Source: Nitrospirota bacterium (GTDB taxonomy: Bacteria; Nitrospirota; Nitrospiria; Nitrospirales; Nitrospiraceae). Taken from it: a stretch of 48,369 nucleotides of DNA. The translations under genes were made by a program, and so were the position numbers. Each line of letters begins with the position of its first letter. Position 1 is the stretch's first letter. The notes beneath the pieces are model-generated. The model was not told where the DNA came from. It saw nothing but the letters and a program-made list of their open reading frames with translations, and did not search any database. Positions 14,366 to 22,600 of this stretch are shown in pieces. The stretch spans positions 1 to 48,369 of the forward strand of contig JAHFEU010000003.1 of NCBI GenBank assembly GCA_023248295.1, written 5' to 3'.

Positions 14366-15091
14366 ATGAGCACAACAACCAATCCACCACAAGATTTTGC
14401 CGTGCAGGAAGACGCTCCCTCCGGACCGGTGCCGGCACAAGACGCGGCGACCCACGGGGCCGGCGATCCCGCCGCTGCGAACGGGAACGGAGACGATCGC
14501 ACGGCGGTCCTGGAAGAACGCGAGCTGAAGGCCCTTCTCGAAGCCTTGCTCTTCGTCTCGCACGAGCCGGTCGCCGCCGATCGGTTGGTGGCCGCGCTGG
14601 GGCACACGTCTCCACCCGAGGTGAGACAGGCGTTGCAGCACCTGGGGGAGGACTTCGACCGGGAGGGACGCGGCCTGCAGCTCGTCGAGGTGGCCGGCGG
14701 GTTCCAACTGGTCACCCGACCCGACTATGCGCCGTGGATCAAGCGGCTGGACCGAGCCAGGTCGGTCCCCAAACTCTCTCGCTCCGCGCTGGAGTCGCTC
14801 GCGATCATCGCGTATAAGCAACCGATCGTCCGGGCGGACATCGAGCAGATTCGAGGCGTGGAGACGTCGAGCGTCCTGCGGACGCTGCTTGAACGCAAGC
14901 TCGTGCGGCTGGTGGGTCGGAAGGACTCGCCCGGAAGGCCGATTCTGTACGGCACCACCAAGACGTTCTTGCAGCATTTCGGCCTGCGGGATCTCTCGGA
15001 ACTGCCTCCCTTGCACGAATTCAAGGAACTGGGCGAGTCGGAGCAGGCCTCCTTACCGGTCGAGGAAGACCCGGCCTCCTCGCTCCCTTGA
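14366..15091 (+). CDS. scpB: segregation and condensation protein B
   Basis: LEALLFVSHEPV...GGFQLVTRPDYAPWIKRL...LSRSALESLAIIAYKQPIVRADIEQIRGV...GRPILYGTT is the ScpB signature. Lies directly after scpA. Confidence 0.9.
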   Translation: MSTTTNPPQDFAVQEDAPSGPVPAQDAATHGAGDPAAANGNGDDRTAVLEERELKALLEALLFVSHEPVAADRLVAALGHTSPPEVRQALQHLGEDFDREGRGLQLVEVAGGFQLVTRPDYAPWIKRLDRARSVPKLSRSALESLAIIAYKQPIVRADIEQIRGVETSSVLRTLLERKLVRLVGRKDSPGRPILYGTTKTFLQHFGLRDLSELPPLHEFKELGESEQASLPVEEDPASSLP

Positions 15092-15135
15092 GCCGCCGCA
15101 TCTGTCCCGCGTCGTCTGGCCCTTCCGTCCGCCTC

Positions 15136-15165
15136 TTGTCCCGCAGGACGATCTCCGACTAGAAT
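15136..15165 (+). promoter_or_regulatory. sigma70-like promoter candidate (TTGTCC-18 nt-TAGAAT)
   Basis: Motifs at 15136-15141 and 15160-15165, about 35 nt upstream of the oxidoreductase start. Confidence 0.3.
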
Positions 15166-15198
15166 GACCCACTGGACGTGAGCAGGGTGGAAGGTCGC

Positions 15199-18057
15199 AT
15201 GGAACTGGTGTTACCCGGCAAGACGCACCCGGTGACCGCGGACTTGCGCCGGGCGATCGGGCCTGAGAAGGTCAAAGACGATTTTCCCACCCGGACCGCG
15301 TATGCGGTGGACGCCAGCATCTACAAGATCACGCCCCAGGCCGTTGTGGTGGCGGAGTCGGAGAGCGACATCCAGACCGTGGTGGACTATGCGGCCCGGA
15401 CCGGGGTGCCGGTCACGCCACGGGCGGCCGGCACCAACTTGACCGGCTCCGCGATCGGCTCCGGCATCATCCTGGACATTTCGCGCCTGAATCAGATCCT
15501 GGAACTGAACCAGGAAGAAAAATGGGCGCGCGTCCAGCCGGGGATCGTCTACGCCGAACTGAACAAGCGATTGGCATCGTCCAACCTGCTGTTCGGCCCC
15601 GACCCGTCCAGCGGCGACATGTGCAAGCTGGGCGGCATGCTGGGCAACAATTCCTCCGGGCCACACACCCTCCGGTACGGCTCGGTGAAGGATAACGTGC
15701 GCGCGGTCAGGCTGTACGTTGAGGCATGCGGCTGGCTGGACGCGCGTCCCTATGGCCTCGCCGATCCCGGGCTGGTGGACCTCCTGGCTGGATTCCCTCC
15801 GCTCCGAGACGTCTTAGCGCTGGTTCGGGAGCATGCGGCGCTCATCCGAGCCAGACGACCCGCCGTGAGCAAGAACAGTTGTGGGTACAATCTGTTCGGC
15901 CTGGTGGATGGGCTGGACCGGGCCGTGTTCGATCTCCCGAAGCTGTTCGTCGGCAGCGAGGGGACGCTCGGCGTGATCAGTGAGGCGACGGTTCGCTTGG
16001 TGGACCGTCCACAGGCCACCGCGACGGCCCTTCTCCACTTCCGTTCGTTGGACGAGGTGGGCGGCGCCGTGGTCGATCTGCTGACGCTGTCGCCAAGCGC
16101 CTTGGAGGTGATGGACCGCAATACCTTGGACCTGATCGGGCGCGCACAGCACGGGATTCCGCCCGACGCGGCGGCCACGCTCCTGGCCGAGTTCGATCAG
16201 GAGAGCGGGTCCCACGGCGTCGAGGAGAGCATCACGGCGCAGGCGGCGCGCATGACCGACCTGTGCCGCCGGTACCGCCTCGCGGCCGACCCGGTGGTGG
16301 CGTTTGATCGTGAACAACGCGAGGCGCTGTGGAAGGCGCGCAAAGCGCTGTATCCCACGCTCTACCGCTATGACCAGCGGAAGAAGCCGATCAACTACGT
16401 GGATGATGTGGTGGTGCGGGCCGAGCGGCTCAGCGAACTCATCCGGTATCTCGAGGAATTTTTTAGCGGGCAGCGGGTCCGGGTCGCCATCTTCGGCCAT
16501 ATCGGGAACGGCAATGCCCATATCGTCCCGCTCCTCGACGTGAACGACCCGGAAGACTTTGCCCGGATGGTGGAGGGATACCGGGAGATTCATCAGACGG
16601 TCCTCACGCGGTTTGGCGGCTCCATCTGCGGGGAACATGGGGACGGCCGGGTGCGCGCCGAGTTCGTCCGGCGCATGTTCGGCGAAGAGCTCTACGACCT
16701 GTTCGTGCGCGTGAAGCGAAGTCTGGACCCGGCCGGCGTGCTGAATCCCGGGGTAAAAATCAGCGACACCCCGTTCACCGCGCATATCGACTACACCCGC
16801 CTCTCCAAAGCCTGCGCGACCTGCGGGAAATGCAATTCGGTCTGTCCGGTGTACGACGTCTTCCAATCCGAGGACATGAGCTCACGGGGCTGGTTCGAGA
16901 TCGTCACCGCGAAGGACTATAGCTACCTGAATTCCCGGCGGGTGGTGGAAGCCTGTCTGAACTGCAAGTCCTGTCGGACCATCTGCCCGGCCGATGTGGA
17001 CGTCTCCGACCTGATCCTCAAGCGCCGCGCCGAGCACCCGAACCGCATGGCGGGGTACGTGTTCGCATTGCACGCGCGCCCGTGGCTGTTCGAACCCCTG
17101 CTCAAAGCGGCGGCCCGCACGCAGTGGCTCTGGGACCGGCCCCGGCCTCGGGCCTGGCTGGAATGGCTGACCCGCCCGCTCCTGCGCCGCATTGCCGACA
17201 CCGCCCGCATTCCGCGCGAGATGGTGCTCCCGCGCCTGGCGATCAGACACCTGCGCGACCGGTACCCGGAGTTGACGGAGCACGCCGGCTCCACCAACGG
17301 GAGGCGGGTCGCCTATTTCCATGGGTGCGCGGCCAACTACTTCGATGACGGCGTGGGCGACGCGGTCATTGCCGTCCTCCGACGGCATGGGGTCGAACCG
17401 GCGCTCCCGCCTCAGCGCTGCTCCGGGACCCCGATCCAGACCTACGGACATGTCGGCCTCGTCGCCGAAGGCGCCCGCGACAACCTCACCGCCTTGGCGC
17501 CGTACGAGACAGTGGTGACCGGCTGCGCGTCGTGCACGCTCATGCTCAAGGATTATCCCAAGCTCTTTGCAGGGCAGCCCGAACAGGAGGCCGCGGAACA
17601 CCTCGCCCGCCGCGTGAAACACATCGCCGAGTTTGTCGCCGAGTCGCCGCCGGTGAGGATGGAGCGGGACGGGACCACCGCCCCTGCGCTCAAGGTCACG
17701 TATCATTCCTCCTGCCACCTCCGAGCGGCGGGGGTCACGAAACAGCCACGCCAGGTCCTGGCGGCGCTGCCGGGCGTGGAGCTGATCGAGATGCAGGACG
17801 CCGACCGGTGCGCGGGGGGCGCCGGCACCTACATCCTGAAGGACTACGACACGGCGCTCAAAATTTTCGAGCGGAAGAGACAGGCGATTGACCAGAGCGG
17901 AGCGGACGTCGTGGCCACCAGCTGCCCCGCCTGCATGATCCAGCTCACCAACGGGCTGCGTGGCCGGGTGCGGGTCGCGCACATTGCGGAGCTGCTGCGT
18001 GACGCGTACACGGGGGCACGTCCACCGACGGAAGACCGCCGGGCGCCGGACCCATGA
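15199..18057 (+). CDS. YdiJ-like fusion oxidoreductase: FAD-linked oxidase (GlcD-like) plus 4Fe-4S dicluster and two CCG domains (GlcF-like)
   Basis: FAD_binding_4-type N-terminus (VVVAESESDIQTVVDYAARTGVPVTPRAAGTNLTGSAIG). Ferredoxin motifs CATCGKCNSVCP and CLNCKSCRTICP. CCG-type Cys motifs (YFHGCAANYF, TYHSSCHLR, RCAGGAGTY). Start at ATG 15199 (GGTGGAAGG upstream); GTG 15178 is an alternative. Confidence 0.9.
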   Translation: MELVLPGKTHPVTADLRRAIGPEKVKDDFPTRTAYAVDASIYKITPQAVVVAESESDIQTVVDYAARTGVPVTPRAAGTNLTGSAIGSGIILDISRLNQILELNQEEKWARVQPGIVYAELNKRLASSNLLFGPDPSSGDMCKLGGMLGNNSSGPHTLRYGSVKDNVRAVRLYVEACGWLDARPYGLADPGLVDLLAGFPPLRDVLALVREHAALIRARRPAVSKNSCGYNLFGLVDGLDRAVFDLPKLFVGSEGTLGVISEATVRLVDRPQATATALLHFRSLDEVGGAVVDLLTLSPSALEVMDRNTLDLIGRAQHGIPPDAAATLLAEFDQESGSHGVEESITAQAARMTDLCRRYRLAADPVVAFDREQREALWKARKALYPTLYRYDQRKKPINYVDDVVVRAERLSELIRYLEEFFSGQRVRVAIFGHIGNGNAHIVPLLDVNDPEDFARMVEGYREIHQTVLTRFGGSICGEHGDGRVRAEFVRRMFGEELYDLFVRVKRSLDPAGVLNPGVKISDTPFTAHIDYTRLSKACATCGKCNSVCPVYDVFQSEDMSSRGWFEIVTAKDYSYLNSRRVVEACLNCKSCRTICPADVDVSDLILKRRAEHPNRMAGYVFALHARPWLFEPLLKAAARTQWLWDRPRPRAWLEWLTRPLLRRIADTARIPREMVLPRLAIRHLRDRYPELTEHAGSTNGRRVAYFHGCAANYFDDGVGDAVIAVLRRHGVEPALPPQRCSGTPIQTYGHVGLVAEGARDNLTALAPYETVVTGCASCTLMLKDYPKLFAGQPEQEAAEHLARRVKHIAEFVAESPPVRMERDGTTAPALKVTYHSSCHLRAAGVTKQPRQVLAALPGVELIEMQDADRCAGGAGTYILKDYDTALKIFERKRQAIDQSGADVVATSCPACMIQLTNGLRGRVRVAHIAELLRDAYTGARPPTEDRRAPDP

Positions 18058-18380
18058 CATTCCGGAAGGCGGACTGGCTCTATGTGCTGGCGGCGGGACT
18101 GGTCGTGCTGGGCGTGTCGTTGCTGCCCTCGCCGCGCGACAGGAATCCGCCGATTCCCGGCGACCCGGACCATCGGGCCCTCGCAGCCGACATGGACTGT
18201 CTGCGCTGTCATGTCATCGGACAGAGTCGGCCGTTGCCTGACCGACATCCAAAGCGCCGGGACTGCGCGCGTTGTCACCGGCGGGCCCAATCGAACGACG
18301 CGGGGAGGGCAGCTCCGATCCAGGCTGCCTGGATCCTGACCGTCGCGGAGCAGGGGAGGGGAGCGCACACCTCATGGTGA
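18054..18380 (+). CDS. small membrane-anchored diheme c-type cytochrome (putative)
   Basis: ATGA overlap with the upstream oxidoreductase stop. One N-terminal TM helix (WLYVLAAGLVVLGVSLL). Two CXXCH heme-binding motifs (CLRCH, CARCH) 24 residues apart. Confidence 0.65.
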   Translation: MTFRKADWLYVLAAGLVVLGVSLLPSPRDRNPPIPGDPDHRALAADMDCLRCHVIGQSRPLPDRHPKRRDCARCHRRAQSNDAGRAAPIQAAWILTVAEQGRGAHTSW

Positions 18381-18384
18381 CGGC

Positions 18385-18663
18385 ATGGTGACGGTGTTGC
18401 TGTTCGGGCAGACCTTGCTGCAGAGCGCGGAGGAGGCCGAGTTTCAATTCGAAGTGACCGGGCCAACGACCGTGAAGGGCCTACTGGAGGCGAATCGGAG
18501 CCGACTCGGCGGGGTGATCCAGTTCATGGGCACGGGCGAGCTGCTGGTCACCGTCAATCGCAAAGTCGGGACCCTGGACTCCCCCGTGCAGGACGGTGAC
18601 ACGGTCAAGCTCACGCACCAGTTCAACCCGACCTATGACGGCGCGGCGTGGCATAATCCATGA
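18385..18663 (+). CDS. MoaD/ThiS-like beta-grasp protein lacking the canonical C-terminal Gly-Gly
   Basis: VTVLLFGQTLLQSAEEAEFQFEV.GPTTVKGLLEAN...LLVTVNRKVGTLDSPVQDGDTVKL follows the MoaD pattern up to DGD.V. The tail is THQFNPTYDGAAWHNP instead of ..PPVSGG. Confidence 0.55.
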   Translation: MVTVLLFGQTLLQSAEEAEFQFEVTGPTTVKGLLEANRSRLGGVIQFMGTGELLVTVNRKVGTLDSPVQDGDTVKLTHQFNPTYDGAAWHNP

Positions 18664-18696
18664 GGCGCTACTGACGGTTCCCGCGGGCGGGCCCGA

Positions 18697-19665
18697 TCAA
18701 CTGGCGGGCGGGGGTGGTTCGGCGACGGCGCCCATCCGACGGTACTTCTCGTACCGTCGGGCGAGCAGCTCCGCCACCGGTAACTCCTCGAGCTGGCTGA
18801 GATGAGCGGACAGGACCTTGGCCGCGCGTTCAGCCATGCCGTGCGGGTCCCGGTGCGCGCCACCGACCGGCTCGGGAATGACCTCATCGATGACCCTCAG
18901 GTTCAGCAGATCATGCGCGGTCATCTTGAGCGCCGCGGCGGCCTCGGGAGCTTTCGCGGGATTGTTCCACAGGATGGCGGCACACCCCTCCGGAGAAATG
19001 ACCGAGTAGACCGCATGTTCTAACATCAGCACGCGGTCGGCCACGGCGAGCGCCAGGGCCCCACCGCTCCCTCCCTCGCCGATAACCACCGACACGATCG
19101 GGACCTTCAGCCTTGCCATCACCAGGAGATTGCGCGCGATGGCCTCGGCCTGCCCTCGCTCCTCCGCCCCGATCCCGGGATAGGCGCCCGGCGTATCGAT
19201 GAACGTCAGGAGAGGGCGCTTGAACTTCTCGGCCAGCTTCATCAGGCGCAACGCCTTCCGGTAGCCCTCGGGGTTCGGCATGCCGAAGTTGCGCTGCATC
19301 CGCTCCTTGAGGGTCTTGCCCTTCTGGTGGCCGATCACCATGACGGATCGCCCGTTGAATCGGGCCAGCCCGCCCACGATCGCCCGGTCGTCCCCGAAGG
19401 CGCGGTCACCGTGCAGCTCCACAAAGTCCCGGCACATGGCCCCCACGTAATCCAGCACCGACGGCCGCAGTGCATGCCGGGCCAGCTGGGTCCGCTGCCA
19501 GGGCGTCAACCGGCTGTACAACTCGATTTCGGTGTGGGCCAGACGGGTTTTCAGTTTGCGGATCTCGTCCTGGACCGACCCGCGCGTGGCCCCAGACCCG
19601 GTCAGCTTTTCGATCCGCTCCTCGATTTCCCGGATCGGCTGTTCAAACTCTAAATAGTCTCTCAT
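18697..19665 (-). CDS. accA: acetyl-CoA carboxylase carboxyltransferase subunit alpha
   Basis: MRDYLEFEQPIREIEERIEKL...TFIDTPGAYPGIGAEERGQAEAIARNL...VVIGEGGSGGALA are AccA signatures. Confidence 0.95.
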   Translation of the reverse strand: MRDYLEFEQPIREIEERIEKLTGSGATRGSVQDEIRKLKTRLAHTEIELYSRLTPWQRTQLARHALRPSVLDYVGAMCRDFVELHGDRAFGDDRAIVGGLARFNGRSVMVIGHQKGKTLKERMQRNFGMPNPEGYRKALRLMKLAEKFKRPLLTFIDTPGAYPGIGAEERGQAEAIARNLLVMARLKVPIVSVVIGEGGSGGALALAVADRVLMLEHAVYSVISPEGCAAILWNNPAKAPEAAAALKMTAHDLLNLRVIDEVIPEPVGGAHRDPHGMAERAAKVLSAHLSQLEELPVAELLARRYEKYRRMGAVAEPPPPAS

Positions 19666-19698
19666 CGCACTCCGATCATCCGACGATCATCTGGCCGC

Positions 19699-22600
19699 CT
19701 ACAACAAGGCGACGGCGCCTTTGCCGAGCACCTCTTCCACCTCGGCCACGAAGGTCGCAGTGGGCAACACCGTGAGATCGGGAAGAGGAGCCGTATCGGC
19801 TTCAAGATTGGAGGAGAGGTAGAACGTGAAGTAAATCGAGGCAGGGCCCGGGTACCGGCGCAGGACCTCCCGGAGCTCGGCCAGGCGGGCCGAGGTCATC
19901 GGACGGTCTTCGAACCGGATGTTCACCCGCGCCACGGCTCGAGCCTGCAACTCCGTGAGGGACTCGATACGGGTGCCTTTGAGCCGTGTCCCCTTTTCCG
20001 CCCGCTCCACTGTCCCGGTCACGCGAATCACGCTCTCCGGCACGATGAGCGCGCCGGCGGCCTTGTAGAGGTCCGGAAAGGCAATGACTTCCACCAGCCC
20101 ATGCATATCCTCAAGCTGAAAGTAGGCCATCCGGTCGCCCTTCTTGGTCATCATGGTCCGGATGCCGGTGATGATGCCGCAGAGTTTCACCTCTCTCCCA
20201 TCCCCCACCTCGGAGAGGCCCTCCGAGCTGGACGTGGCGAATTTTTGGATCGCGCCGGCATAGCGCGCGAGCGGGTGAGAACTGATATAGAAGCCGGTCA
20301 GCTCACGCTCGTACTTCAGCATCTGATCCTGGTCCCATTCCGGGAGATCCAGCAGCGCCGGGGCGGCCAGGTCCGCCGCCACGGCGCCCTCACCTCCCGT
20401 CTCGCCGAAGATGCTGGTCTGCCCGCACTCGCGCTCACGCTGGACCGCGGCCGCGTCGTCGAGCGTCTGGTCCAGCGCCGCGGCCAATTGGGCTCTGCGC
20501 GCCCCCGTGGAGTCGAACGCGCCGACCTTGATCAGGCCTTCCAGGACGCGTTTGTTGACCTTGCGCAGATCAATGCGCCGGCAGAAATCCGAGAACGAGC
20601 GGAACCGGCCGGTCTCATTCCGGGTCGCGATGATGGACTCGACCGCTCCCTCACCGACATTCTTGATGGCTGCGAGGCCGAAGCGGATGCCGTCTTCCAC
20701 GACCGTAAAGTCTTTCTGGCTCTCATTCACATCCGGCGGAAGCACGCGCAGGCCGAGGTCGCGGCATTCCGTGAAATAGCCGACCATCTTGTCGGCGTTC
20801 CCCATCTCGCTCGTCAGCAGCGCAGCGAGAAACTCGGTGGGAGCATGCGCCTTGAGATAGGCGGTCTGGTACGTCACCAGCGCGTACGCGGCGGAATGCG
20901 AGTTGTGAACGATCAAGCCGTCCGCGACGAAATTAGCGTCTTCTTCAACAGTAAGGTCGTACGTCTCCTGTTCCCCGCGAGCTTCGATGGCGACAATCCT
21001 ATCCCAGAAGATGTCCGACGTAGCGATGTCCTCAAGACGTTGACAGCCAAAGAAGGCGGCCAACCGCGCAAGAGTCGAACGATAAAACCCGCGTTTGACT
21101 CGCGATCCCTTTCCCAGAAATTCCTTCATGGACACACCGGATCGTGCTTCCAGCTCCTTCCAAGTCAATCCCCGTCGTCGGCGCTCCTCATCCACCCATC
21201 GACGGACTTCCGACGGAACCGTATCCTTACTCGTGAGCCCACGCGCTGTCGATCCTAGATGCTGAGCGAGCTGCTCGGCCTGTTTTTCACGCCCGAGGCA
21301 GTGAGAGAGGATCCTGTCGGCGAACGTCTCGATGGAGTGTTCGCCTAACAGGTGCACCGTGTACCCTGGGCGCAGTCCGCCTCGGTACTTAAACTGCTTG
21401 TGGTGGATCCTGCTGACAATGCCGAGCCGCAACAGGAGGGTTTGAACGTCTTGGGCAAGCCGGGCCGAAGAGGTTGCGTAGAATGGAACGGCCAGAGTCT
21501 CGTTGGCAATGAAGCCGTCGCCGGCCCAGAGTCGTCCGAGGAAGAGTTCAAGGTCCGCGTCCTGCACCCGGAAGAGGGAAGCCGGCACCCGCTTCTCAGG
21601 TGCACGGCACCCCAGAATCCCGAGATGCTCGGCCCAGCGGAATACTCCCGACAGGCGCCTCTCGGTACTCAGGCACGCACCAGGATTGGCAATCGAGGCG
21701 CCTCCTGTTTCTATATTCGGCGCGTTCCACGGCCTCATGCCTTTCTTGAACCGAGTATCTCGCCCTGTACTCAAACACACTTCCAGGCATCCGTTGGCTC
21801 GGGTGGTTGTGCGAGCTACCGTGTCCGCAAAGCAGGCTCCTGCACGGGCAAAATCCTGAACCAGAACGGTGCCGTTGCCGTAGAAATATAGGCACGTCGG
21901 GTGACAGGTATGGCCTTCCGACAGTAACCCCGCTAGCACGATTATTTCATGTTGTGGCCAGGCGTCGCCTTTTTTCACGGTCAGCCGTCTCGGAACAGCA
22001 ATGCGATCGCCCGGCCTCAGGTCCTCCAAGTTCCTCCAGCCAGTCAGGGTCAGGAATGGGTGATTGCCTGTCGTCGTGACGCGCTTCCCGAGCATCGTGC
22101 GCATCTCGAAGACGGGCTTTCGACCATTGGAAACCAGATCAACGACCGCCTGAGGATGTAACTTCTGATCTGGACCAAGCGCATGGACGGTAAACGGATG
22201 CGGGGCATCGAACAGCGCTCGAACCGTTGTCCATTCTCCCGTCATCGCGTCGAGAAGGGCGGTATCGCCCATCACGCATTTGTTGAACCCGTAGCCCGCG
22301 AAATAGGCCATCAGATCGAACAGCTTCTCGGCTTTCTTCTCGGAGAGGTGATTCTTCTTCGCGCCCTGAAGAAACAGCGCTTTCTGCTTGTCCATGTCCT
22401 CCGGTTTCTTCTTCCCCATCGCGCGCCGGAGCAGATCGGCTTGGCCTAACGAAAACCCGGCGAGGCGATTGGCGACCGCCATCACCTGTTCCTGGTACAC
22501 GATCACCCCGTAGGTCTCCTTGAGGATCGGCTCCAGCGCCGGTGGGTCATAGGAGATCTGGGAGGGATCACGCTTGCGCTTGATGAAGTCGTCCACCATG

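Noticed and set aside
14186-18060. Long minus-strand ORFs (14186..15016, 15814..16866, 16882..18060) opposite scpB and the YdiJ-like gene
   Set aside because: The plus-strand genes carry unambiguous ScpB and FAD/Fe-S signatures. The antisense translations are Arg/Pro/Gly/His-rich low-information sequences without SDs.
20101-21258. 385-aa plus-strand ORF inside dnaE / the intein
   Set aside because: It is antisense to the continuous DnaE-intein reading frame and has no motifs.
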